This document shows positions 1 to 7,559 of a stretch of 10,819 nt of DNA, in pieces (position 1 is the stretch's first letter; every line of letters starts with the position of its first letter). This DNA is from Bdellovibrionota bacterium (GTDB lineage: Bacteria; Bdellovibrionota_C; UBA2361; OMIW01): the NCBI GenBank assembly GCA_044345055.1, contig JBIJBT010000084.1:1-10819 (forward strand), given 5' to 3'. The notes beneath the pieces are model-generated. The model ran no database searches. It was not told the DNA's origin and saw only the letters and a program-made list of their open reading frames with translations. The position numbers were made by a program, and so were the translations under genes.

Positions 1-61
1 AATGCCGATTAAACGTTAGGGGCTCTCGATTTATCTCTCTTGAGTTAATCACTCTTCAAAT

Positions 62-93
62 TATGACTCTTCGGCAAGAGTCATAGTAGTTTT
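62..93 (+). terminator. Probable intrinsic terminator (perfect 10-bp hairpin), possibly bidirectional
   Basis: TATGACTCTT (62-71), CGGC loop, AAGAGTCATA (76-85), then GTAGTTTT on the + strand. Lies downstream of the minus-strand gene run, so it may also serve a convergent gene left of the window. Confidence 0.55.
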
Positions 94-100
94 CGATGAA

Positions 101-131
101 GGGGTCCAGCTACCCAATGGCATTGGACCCC
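101..131 (-). terminator. GC-rich hairpin, candidate terminator of the minus-strand operon
   Basis: GGGGTCCA (101-108) pairs with TGGACCCC (124-131), about 20 nt after the tandem TAA TAA stops at 152-157. The U-tail is poor (TTCATC). Confidence 0.4.
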
Positions 132-154
132 TGACATATATTCACTTGAATTTA

Positions 155-469
155 TTACTGAACGCTTTCTTGGTTCTCTTCAGTTCCAAATAGGAGCGGG
201 GGGTTTCTTACCTGGATACCCCGGTTTTTCAACCGCGTCCATATATCTTTGGCAATTTCCTCTGATTCGGGTGTCATCAGCTCGTAAATATCAGCTCGAT
301 TTAGGACCAAATTAATCGCCGCCAAGGTGTAAATTGGTGGCGATGCTTCTTCGATCATCTTTTGACGCACCTGTGTCAAAAACGTTTTAAGATCTTGCTG
401 AGTTTTCAACTCCGTCACGATCTCTTCAGGGGGTTTTTCTTTGGGCTTTGATTCCTTTTTTGGGGCCAT
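155..469 (-). CDS. Hypothetical protein, 104 aa
   Basis: ATG-started ORF 5 nt downstream of the OmpA-family gene. Natural-looking helical, charged composition, Lys/Pro-rich N-terminus and a double TAA stop. No family recognised. Confidence 0.75.
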   Translation of the reverse strand: MAPKKESKPKEKPPEEIVTELKTQQDLKTFLTQVRQKMIEEASPPIYTLAAINLVLNRADIYELMTPESEEIAKDIWTRLKNRGIQVRNPPLLFGTEENQESVQ

Positions 470-474
470 ACGAA

Positions 475-1194
475 TTACCTATCCTTTACTATGAGTTCAA
501 CTGCTTGACTGTATCTATCAGGAAGATCGGAGGGATCTCGCGATAGAGGTTTATCTATTACGACCGCACGCGCCTCAATGCGACGAGGCTCAATACCCGC
601 CCGAATAAGAGCTTTTGCAATCTCTCGAGCTCTCTTATCCGAGAGCCTTCGAGCATAAACAGAATTGGGGTCTGATGATTGGATGTAGCACGCGACAACC
701 AAACGAGACCAAGGCATTCGCTCTTTATTTAAACGCGCAAGACCTTCAACCAGCGATTTACCTTGCTTCGAGAGCGTTCTCTCGTCACCGAAGAAGAAAA
801 GATCTGCAGGGAAGATATCGCGAGCTGGAAATAATCCAGCCCTTTTCTCGTAATGTTCGCGAAGCAGAGACCATGCTCTCTCTTGACTCTCTGCTCGCTC
901 TATGTCATATGCGAGCTGACGCTCTGAATCTTGCTGAGCATCTCGCATCGCTCCTTTTATGCCCCCTGCAACGGCCCCCAATCCCGCTCCCGCGAACGCG
1001 CCTGGGCCTGCCACTGAGGTCAACTGAAAGCCAGTCAATGCCCCAGCCGCAGCCCCCGTCGTAGCGCCGACGATCATCCCCGATCCCTGCTGATCAGGAC
1101 CCTGAACGCTCTGGCGAGCGCACGCAGTGAGGGCAAGCGTTGCACCCAGCAACACCGATGACACCGAACGGAACCTCATCAACTCGCCAAACAT
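475..1194 (-). CDS. OmpA-family outer-membrane lipoprotein with glycine zipper (YiaD-like architecture)
   Basis: Signal peptide with lipobox LTAC. Glycine zipper GMIVGATTGAAAGALTG...GAFAGAGLGAVAGG. C-terminal OmpA_C-like motifs FPADLFF and ARRLSDKRAREIAKALIRAGIEPRRI. AAAGGA lies upstream of the ATG. Confidence 0.85.
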   Translation of the reverse strand: MFGELMRFRSVSSVLLGATLALTACARQSVQGPDQQGSGMIVGATTGAAAGALTGFQLTSVAGPGAFAGAGLGAVAGGIKGAMRDAQQDSERQLAYDIERAESQERAWSLLREHYEKRAGLFPARDIFPADLFFFGDERTLSKQGKSLVEGLARLNKERMPWSRLVVACYIQSSDPNSVYARRLSDKRAREIAKALIRAGIEPRRIEARAVVIDKPLSRDPSDLPDRYSQAVELIVKDR

Positions 1195-1314
1195 GTCACC
1201 ATTTCCTTTGCCGAACTCGGATTCGTTAACTAATAACGCCCGCCCTCATCACCTCTCAACCGTAACATACTGACTCGATATCGCGCGAGCCCTCGATACG
1301 GGAGAGACCACCTT

Positions 1315-2859
1315 TTACCGTCGAATCCCCGGACCTGCCCCGATTTCGCGAAAAGTAAGATCGGTTATCGGGATGCGCCGCTGAGATGTTTCGGTGCGCT
1401 CTTTGAGAAAATGAGCATTCGCCAATGACTCACGAGCTGCCTTGTCTCCAACAACAACCACAACAAGGTCCGAGAGATCCCATCGCTTCTGCGCCACCTG
1501 CTGGACACTCAACGGGGTTACTGTCGCAAGCTTGTTGAGAAAGTGGCTATCGTAATCGGCGGGATATCCCTGAAGCTTGAACGTTGCTCGACGGCTTACG
1601 ATGCTTGATGGCGATTGATTCGCAAACACAAATGAGTTGGTTATTGCACGTTTTCGATCGCTAACCTCATCAAGCTGCGGAGCTCCCTTTTGCATCTCTG
1701 TAAGCACACCGACCGATGCATCAATTGCTTCCCCAACAGAAGAGGATTTTGTCTGCGCGTAGAGATAATTTTTTCCCTTAACAACACCGGGGGAGATTCC
1801 GCCGGCCGCAACATAAGCTAGTCCACGCTTTGTGCGAACCTCAGCAAAGAGTCGAGAGCTCATCGAACCTGAGCCAAAGATATCGTTAAAGACTAGAATA
1901 TCGAACAGGTCGGGCGAGAGTCGCGGCACCCCTAAATGCCCAATCAAGATAGTCGCCTGCGAGAAGGGGCCCTCAATAAAATATACTCCTGGTCGAGGTT
2001 CCCCTTTTACGGCTGGAAATGGTGATTGAGCAATCTCTTCTTGTGGCTGAGGTAGTCCTCCGAGAAGCTGTTCAACGAGCCTCTCAACTTCTTCCCTTGA
2101 GAGTGCTCCTGATATCGCAACTATCGCACCAGAGGGACTTAGCAATCGTCGATGCTCAGAGATTATCGTCTCTTTCGAAAGCGCATTGATATCAGCAACA
2201 GTGGCTGCATCTGAGTAGGGCGAACGAGAACCATAAAGCAGCTGCCCAAAAACAAGCCCCGCTATCGTATCGGGATCGTCTCTGCGCCGAATCACCTGTT
2301 CACGCATCTGCTTTTTCATGAGGGAGAACTCCTCTTGAGAAAAAGTTGGATGCTCGATCATCGCGCGCGCCAGCGCCACAACTCGACCCTCATCTCCCTT
2401 GAGACAGTTAATTGAAACCGAAACCGCCTCACCATCTGCCGAGGTTTCGATAGAGGCCGAGCGCTCACGAAGCTCTTGATCGATCGCATCTCGCGACATT
2501 TCGCCAGCACCACCTCTCCGCAGCAACGCCCCCATCACCCGCGCCGCCATAGGGCTGCGCGCCCGATAGCTGCCACCAGGAAATGCAACAGAAAGCGACA
2601 CAAGAGGAAGCTCTTCATCGGGAAGATAGAAAACGGTCGCGCCATTCGGCGCAACCCAGCTTATTGGCTCTACTGGGATAAAATTAGTTGGCTCAAGACC
2701 AGAGTTAGGTGGCGATTGAATTGGGTGATTTGTCGAGCATCCGAATAGAGTAGTAGCAATTAGAAGAGCAAATACCGAACGTCCCGTGAGATTGAGGATG
2801 CGACATCGCGAAGTAAGCCGCGACCATGTGGAGCTATTTGTCATTTTATCCTGTTTCAT
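1315..2859 (-). CDS. M16 (pitrilysin/insulinase) family protein, non-catalytic M16B subunit, probable lipoprotein
   Basis: M16 motifs PNGATVFYLPDEELPLV and FNDIFGSGSMSSRLFAEVRTKRGLAY (R/Y pair present). No HXXEH. Lipobox-like LFGC at aa 38-41. ATGA overlap (2856-2859) with the upstream M16 gene. The exact start is uncertain. Confidence 0.9.
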   Translation of the reverse strand: MKQDKMTNSSTWSRLTSRCRILNLTGRSVFALLIATTLFGCSTNHPIQSPPNSGLEPTNFIPVEPISWVAPNGATVFYLPDEELPLVSLSVAFPGGSYRARSPMAARVMGALLRRGGAGEMSRDAIDQELRERSASIETSADGEAVSVSINCLKGDEGRVVALARAMIEHPTFSQEEFSLMKKQMREQVIRRRDDPDTIAGLVFGQLLYGSRSPYSDAATVADINALSKETIISEHRRLLSPSGAIVAISGALSREEVERLVEQLLGGLPQPQEEIAQSPFPAVKGEPRPGVYFIEGPFSQATILIGHLGVPRLSPDLFDILVFNDIFGSGSMSSRLFAEVRTKRGLAYVAAGGISPGVVKGKNYLYAQTKSSSVGEAIDASVGVLTEMQKGAPQLDEVSDRKRAITNSFVFANQSPSSIVSRRATFKLQGYPADYDSHFLNKLATVTPLSVQQVAQKRWDLSDLVVVVVGDKAARESLANAHFLKERTETSQRRIPITDLTFREIGAGPGIRR

Positions 2860-4379
2860 CGCGATGCCACCTCCGATTCGATCGTTGCCACGGTCCGGTT
2901 AGTTCGCTTCAGATACTGTGCAGCGACTCGATTAACATCCGCTGGAGTTACCGCCATCGTTTCCTCGAACCATCGAAACATCAGTCGCCAATCGCGGTAG
3001 AGGGTCATCGATGAGGCAAGTGTCTGTGCTATCGATGAGCTCGAGCGAAGATTATCGAGAAAATCACGCGCGATACTTCGCTTTGCAAGCTCAATCGCAC
3101 GGGGATCAATTCCTGTGCTAATCACGCCATCAATAATCTCATTAAATGCGGCAAGATTCGGGCTGTTTCCAACCTCTGATCTCGGAGAAATTGAAAACAC
3201 GATTAAGTTCGGATCAAGCGATCCCGGCGCCTCAGAAACACTAACTCCAGTAGCAAGACCGCGGCGTTTAACAAGCTCCTGATACAACGGCGAAAGTGTG
3301 CTCCCCGCGAGCACCTCCTCGAGAACACTAATCGGTGGATCATCGGGATGGGGATAGGCTGGTTTATGATAAGCGATGGCGAGCTCTGGCGCCGCCTGAA
3401 GCCGGAGAGTTAAAGTCCGCTCCTCGGTTTGCGGTGGCTCTGTGGGCCGATTATCAACGACTCCCCCTCCTGCCGGAACCCTACCGAAATAACGCTCTAT
3501 CATTGGAAGATCGCGCTCAGGATCAACATCTCCTACTACCGCAAGCGACATCCGATCTGCCGTGTAGTAGTTCCTATGAAATTCTGCAAGAGCGCTCGGT
3601 TTAAGATCCAGCAGATCTTTTTCATATCCAATAACCGGCTGACGATACGGGTGTTGCGTAAAGGCGGTCGCAAGAAGCTCTTCATAAAGCTTTCCGCTCG
3701 GATCATTTTCATACCGCATCCGACGCTCCTCGAGCACAACGTCGCGCTCCTGATAAAAAAGCCTCATCACTGGATGAATTAACCGTTCAGATTCAAGCCA
3801 ACACCAATATTCAAATGCGCCCCGCGGCAAACTTAAAAAATAAGAGGTCAGCTCTTTGCTCGTCGTTGCATTTAATCCAACAACACCTCGCCTATCGAGC
3901 TCCTGGTCGAGCTGTTGAGGCAACCACACCTCAGCAAGAGCCGCCTCAACCCGCTCGAGCTCACCCTTTTCATCCGTAGTTAGAGCGCGGCTCTTGGCTA
4001 ATTCGCGCAATCGCTCCTGTTTTTTTAATAAAGGTCGCTCACGAAGATAATCTTTCGTCCCAATTTCTGGTGTCCCTTTAAACGCCATATGTTCGAGGAG
4101 GTGAGATATACCGGTAGATCCAGCCTTTTCATCAACTCCACCAACTCGCACTGCAAGAACAGCAGAAAATACCGGTGCACTTCCTCGCCGATAAAAGGCA
4201 ACCCGCATTCCATTCGAGAGGGTACGCTCAGAGACACGTTCAGCGATGGTGGGCAGAATCTTCGCAATCCGTGGATCGGCAACGGCGCTGGGAGACAATG
4301 GAGCCAGGCACATGGCTCCAAGAAGGGCTGCCAAGGCATAGGTTAAGAGTGAGGAAGAGGCGGGAGGCTGAGAGCTCAT
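2856..4379 (-). CDS. M16 family zinc metallopeptidase, catalytic M16B subunit, exported
   Basis: TLSNGMRV, GISHLLEHMAFKGT (HXXEH), LNATTS, ERDVVLEERRMR and HPYRQPVIG. ATG 4379 is preferred because it gives a signal peptide (MSSQPP...LLTYALAALLGAMCLAPLSPSAVA). The frame stays open to ATG 4526, which overlaps the ATPase stop. Confidence 0.92.
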   Translation of the reverse strand: MSSQPPASSSLLTYALAALLGAMCLAPLSPSAVADPRIAKILPTIAERVSERTLSNGMRVAFYRRGSAPVFSAVLAVRVGGVDEKAGSTGISHLLEHMAFKGTPEIGTKDYLRERPLLKKQERLRELAKSRALTTDEKGELERVEAALAEVWLPQQLDQELDRRGVVGLNATTSKELTSYFLSLPRGAFEYWCWLESERLIHPVMRLFYQERDVVLEERRMRYENDPSGKLYEELLATAFTQHPYRQPVIGYEKDLLDLKPSALAEFHRNYYTADRMSLAVVGDVDPERDLPMIERYFGRVPAGGGVVDNRPTEPPQTEERTLTLRLQAAPELAIAYHKPAYPHPDDPPISVLEEVLAGSTLSPLYQELVKRRGLATGVSVSEAPGSLDPNLIVFSISPRSEVGNSPNLAAFNEIIDGVISTGIDPRAIELAKRSIARDFLDNLRSSSSIAQTLASSMTLYRDWRLMFRWFEETMAVTPADVNRVAAQYLKRTNRTVATIESEVASR

Positions 4380-4522
4380 GGTGTTGTCCAGAGGAATGTA
4401 ACGACAGTAATGACGAGAGCAGGTCGCGGCAGACAAGCGAATATCCACCCGTATCGATGAGTCGATGAGAGATTTTATAAGATTTCGTCGAGGTCCGCAC
4501 TGGGGGAATGAAATGGGGGCCC

Positions 4523-5842
4523 TCATTCACCCGCACCCAACAAAAAATCCTCAAGTGTTACTCCCGTGCACCAACGGGTCTCAAAGCGTGATGAAGAGAT
4601 AACGACGAGATGTTTTTTCGGATATGCTCGATGAAACCATACAAACTCATCAGCCGTCGCGCTGCCCCGCTTTACCTCGTAAGCAATATCATTAACGAAG
4701 AAATCGATCTCCCGATCGCCAGAAGAAATGAAAGGTATTGTTTGATCGAATCTATCGCCCCTAACCATCGCACGACGCCAAAGCTCTTGTGCCACAAGCC
4801 ACTCGATCCATACTCCTTGACGGCTCTCAGGGAGTCGGTGCCAATCGCCGACCGAGCGGAGCCGCTGAGGAGAAAATGTGACGGCACCGAGTAGGTTTAT
4901 GAAGGGAAATTTCGATTCCTTACGAGCAATCTGTTTTCCTCTTCCTAGATCAAAAGGATAAGATCGATGTAGAAAAAGGGCAGATTCAAGCAGCTCGATG
5001 TAGCCAAGAGCTACTGTATTATTCGCAACGCCCGCTTCTTGAGATACTTTTGTCAGACTGACGGCAGATCCTCCTCTTAAATGAAGTTCGTTAATAATGT
5101 GAAGTGCAGTACCTCGATCACGTCCAGCCCCTCCAATTACCCCGAATATCCAGTCTCGAACCAATTGAATAATAAACGGCTCAATAGTGCCATGCTCGAG
5201 GAGCGAGTTGCACGCAAGGGGCGAACCACCTGAAAGAAGATAGGTTGCGATACGATCGGCAATCGGAGGCTGCGTCTCGCTTGAAAACGCCGCATCGCAA
5301 AAGCTTCGATATGAAATGGGGGTAAAAAGGAAAGTGGAACGAGCAAGCTTTCCTTTTCGCCCGGGAAGAAGCTCACTTCCCTTCAAAAGATCGTGCGCGT
5401 GCGAACCTGTTGTGACGATGAGCACGTCTCGCGATAATCCCCGATCCCAAAGTCTTTTAATCGCACCTTGCCAGTTGTGGACAGACGATATCTCATCGAT
5501 AAAGAGCCGTTTAACAGGGCCGCTTCCAAATAGGGAGACAATCTGAGCGCATTGCTCAAAGAGTTCCCCCTCATCGGCGATATCATCACCATTTAGATAG
5601 AAACACGAACCGGCACCATGCGTCTCATACGAGAGCGAAATCTGAAATTCGAGCCAAGTGCTCTTCCCGTACTGGCGAGGACCACGGAGGATAATTAACC
5701 CCGGTTCATCGGGTAGATCAGCAAGACCAAAGTTAACCGCAAATCGGTATTTCTGCCCCCCAAGCGCATCCCACACCGGAAGGTCCCCGCATTCAAGACC
5801 GCAGCCAGCCAACATTTTCCTGTTAAGTAATGAAAGTTCCAT
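4523..5842 (-). CDS. AAA+ ATP-binding protein, AAA_14 plus DUF4143-type (ATPase, winged helix, PD-(D/E)XK-like C-terminus)
   Basis: Walker A GPRQYGKST, Walker B LFIDEI, IVTTGS, LPGR, YLLSGGSP, helix-turn-helix-like SLTKVSQEAGVANNTVALGYIELLE and C-terminal EIDF...AYEVK. Alternative start at ATG 5815. Confidence 0.88.
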   Translation of the reverse strand: MELSLLNRKMLAGCGLECGDLPVWDALGGQKYRFAVNFGLADLPDEPGLIILRGPRQYGKSTWLEFQISLSYETHGAGSCFYLNGDDIADEGELFEQCAQIVSLFGSGPVKRLFIDEISSVHNWQGAIKRLWDRGLSRDVLIVTTGSHAHDLLKGSELLPGRKGKLARSTFLFTPISYRSFCDAAFSSETQPPIADRIATYLLSGGSPLACNSLLEHGTIEPFIIQLVRDWIFGVIGGAGRDRGTALHIINELHLRGGSAVSLTKVSQEAGVANNTVALGYIELLESALFLHRSYPFDLGRGKQIARKESKFPFINLLGAVTFSPQRLRSVGDWHRLPESRQGVWIEWLVAQELWRRAMVRGDRFDQTIPFISSGDREIDFFVNDIAYEVKRGSATADEFVWFHRAYPKKHLVVISSSRFETRWCTGVTLEDFLLGAGE

Positions 5843-5846
5843 GGGA

Positions 5847-5881
5847 TTATGCTCTTAACGTTACGAACGTTAAGAGCATAA
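5847..5881. promoter_or_regulatory. Perfect 16-bp inverted repeat (operator or hairpin) directly upstream of the ATPase start
   Basis: TTATGCTCTTAACGTT (5847-5862), ACG, AACGTTAAGAGCATAA (5866-5881). The repeat is directly visible; its function is inferred. Confidence 0.7.
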
Positions 5882-5934
5882 CGCTTAGAACGTTGAGGGG
5901 CAAGGGGTGTTTAGGAAGTTTGCTGAGGAGAGGG

Positions 5935-5950
5935 GTGGTTGGTGCATTTA
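5935..5950 (+). repeat. 16-bp direct repeat GTGGTTGGTGCATTTA, copy 1
   Basis: Exact match to 6376-6391. Both copies are followed by GGTTGACTT (5976-5984 and 6408-6416). Confidence 0.85.
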
Positions 5951-6013
5951 CAATGAGGGAGGTTTTTTGGGCAGGGGTTGACTTTTCGGAGCCGAATCTC
6001 TTGCTTTTAAGCA

Positions 6014-6187
6014 ATGCTCAAGGTTCTCTTTTTTTTCCTCGTCGCCATCCTCGTCGGGAAGAGGGTTGGCGAGTCACAAGACCTCGTGCCTTATCTGTGG
6101 TCTCAGGGACGACGGATAGAGGCTATAGGGGTAGCGGGTATTACCACGGGGTTGGTGGTAGCTGTTGTTGTCTGCTCATTTTTGTAG
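6014..6187 (+). CDS. Small membrane protein, 57 aa, two hydrophobic segments (not in ORF track)
   Basis: Manual translation: MLKVLFFFLVAILVGKRVGESQDLVPYLWSQGRRIEAIGVAGITTGLVVAVVVCSFL*. Preceded by TTGACT (5978-5983) and followed about 16 nt later by a strong terminator. No SD, so possibly leaderless. Confidence 0.6.
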   Translation: MLKVLFFFLVAILVGKRVGESQDLVPYLWSQGRRIEAIGVAGITTGLVVAVVVCSFL

Positions 6188-6203
6188 CAGCGACCATCCT
6201 AAG

Positions 6204-6239
6204 GGGCAGGTTAACCTTCAAGGTTCCTGCCCTTTTTTT
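6204..6239 (+). terminator. Intrinsic terminator, copy 1 of the repeated module
   Basis: GGGCAGG-TT bulge-AACCT-TCA-AGGTT-CCTGCCC followed by T7. Confidence 0.85.
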
Positions 6240-6351
6240 ATCCCGCTCGCTCTGCTCCCGCCTGAGAATACTGAGCGCCCCCCTCGTCGGCTCCCACCGC
6301 CAATCATATTCGCCCAAAAATAACCAAAAAATTCTATTTCCACGAGGTCCA
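6204..6351 (+). repeat. Intergenic repeat module, copy 1 (terminator, C-rich spacer, A-tract block)
   Basis: 6204-6241 matches 7321-7358 at 37/38. 6292-6351 aligns by hand to 7376-7434 at about 47/61 columns. Confidence 0.85.
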
Positions 6352-6375
6352 CATTGGTGACTGGGATGATGTGAA

Positions 6376-6391
6376 GTGGTTGGTGCATTTA
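6376..6391 (+). repeat. 16-bp direct repeat GTGGTTGGTGCATTTA, copy 2
   Basis: Exact match to 5935-5950. Confidence 0.85.
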
Positions 6392-6409
6392 TTCTTGCGG
6401 GATGTGCGG

Positions 6410-6438
6410 TTGACTTCAGGAGAATCGGTCAGTAGGGT
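6410..6438 (+). promoter_or_regulatory. Candidate sigma70 promoter for the 6466 ORF
   Basis: TTGACT (6410-6415), 17-nt spacer, TAGGGT (6433-6438). SD-like GAGAGGG at 6456-6462 precedes ATG 6466. Confidence 0.6.
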
Positions 6439-6465
6439 TGCCGAGTTCTTTATTTGAGAGGGTCC

Positions 6466-7287
6466 ATGGACCATCTCGATTTTCGTGATGAGTTTCTCCC
6501 AAGGGGTCTTCGAGGGCTGAATTTTATCAGCCTTAGTGTGGATCCGGAGGGGCTCGCCAAACTCGTCCCCCAAATCCCAAACAATTGGGATTTAGGGGAG
6601 TTCACCATAAAGTTGGTGAAAAAAAATCCGGAGCTGGGCAGGGACCTACTCCCACGCTTTCGGGAATTGCCGGACTCCTCTTGGGCGAAAGCCCGAATCC
6701 TCGCGGTTTGCGGGGAAGAGGAGGACCTGCATTGGGCGGTCGGACGGATCATATCCGATTCCGACTACGCGGCGGTTTACGCTGCCATCGACATGCTCTC
6801 GAGAGGGGTCGCACCCCAGCTCCGAGAGCATTTCGAGGAGGCTCTCCTCGCCGCTCTCGGAGAGGAATCTCTCTCTCTCGAAGTCGAGGGGGTAGATCCT
6901 AAATTCCTCCCCGAGGCGCGAGAGCGCGTGGCGTGGGAGAGATGGCCTTGGGCGGTAGATGCTTGGGAAGCCAAGCTATTCTCCGCCACTGGCCTCGTTC
7001 GCATAGCTTCTTTTCCTCACCTTCCGGTGAGAATAAGAGGCGAAGCACTCTCTCGATTTTTTTTGAATCGGGAGGAGAATGGGGCAGATGTCGCTTCGAT
7101 TGTCCCCATCCTGAACGAGATGAAGGCACCGAGCGACGGATGGCTTTGCCAGCGCTTCTTGGCGCTAATAGAAGTCCTCCCCCCAGGCTCGGTCTCCAAT
7201 GAGGTGATAGACCGCCTCGACTGGGAAAAGGCGTCTCCTCTGCAGAGGTTCCTGCACAGGTTCATGGGGAGACCTCTCCGCGCCTAA
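6466..7287 (+). CDS. Hypothetical alpha-helical protein, about 273 aa, possibly HEAT-like
   Basis: Long ORF (track start TTG 6454; ATG 6466 follows GAGAGGG). Leu/Ala/Glu/Arg/Trp-rich amphipathic helices. Bracketed by a promoter and a terminator. No family recognised. Confidence 0.75.
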   Translation: MDHLDFRDEFLPRGLRGLNFISLSVDPEGLAKLVPQIPNNWDLGEFTIKLVKKNPELGRDLLPRFRELPDSSWAKARILAVCGEEEDLHWAVGRIISDSDYAAVYAAIDMLSRGVAPQLREHFEEALLAALGEESLSLEVEGVDPKFLPEARERVAWERWPWAVDAWEAKLFSATGLVRIASFPHLPVRIRGEALSRFFLNREENGADVASIVPILNEMKAPSDGWLCQRFLALIEVLPPGSVSNEVIDRLDWEKASPLQRFLHRFMGRPLRA

Positions 7288-7318
7288 CGCCGGTTTTTTT
7301 CGCGCACCAGCGCACTAT

Positions 7319-7356
7319 AAGGGCAGGATAACCTTCAAGGTTCCTGCCCTTTTTTT
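7319..7356 (+). terminator. Intrinsic terminator, copy 2 of the repeated module
   Basis: AAGGGCAGG-AT bulge-AACCT-TCA-AGGTT-CCTGCCCTT with a T7 tract, about 30 nt after the 7287 stop. Confidence 0.85.
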
Positions 7357-7434
7357 ATTGCCGCTCCTCAACCGGTCCCTCCGCTAATCATTCCCGCTGA
7401 AAAATTTGCAAAAAATTTTATTTTCCACAGTCCA
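7321..7434 (+). repeat. Intergenic repeat module, copy 2
   Basis: Homologous to 6204-6351. The spacer between the two conserved blocks is about 33 nt shorter. Confidence 0.85.
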
Positions 7435-7559
7435 AAATATTAAGAAAAATCTTGATCGTGCCGTTACCGATAGCGAAGGGTTGGAGGTTATCCGAGGTTT
7501 TGGACAGGTTTTGATGGAATAGAGGGGTGGTGGTTTTTTATTCAGAGGGCTTTGAGTTT

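Noticed and set aside
615..5592. Alternative-frame and antisense ORFs overlapping the OmpA, M16 and ATPase genes
   Set aside because: Shadow ORFs of well-supported genes with no recognisable motifs.
5830..6360. 176-aa + strand ORF from the track
   Set aside because: It runs through the palindrome, promoter motifs and a strong terminator, and its composition is unnatural. The 57-aa ORF in another frame fits the signals better.
6204..7358. CRISPR array interpretation of the 38-nt palindromic repeat
   Set aside because: Only two copies, 1117 bp apart, each with a terminator U-tract, and no cas genes.
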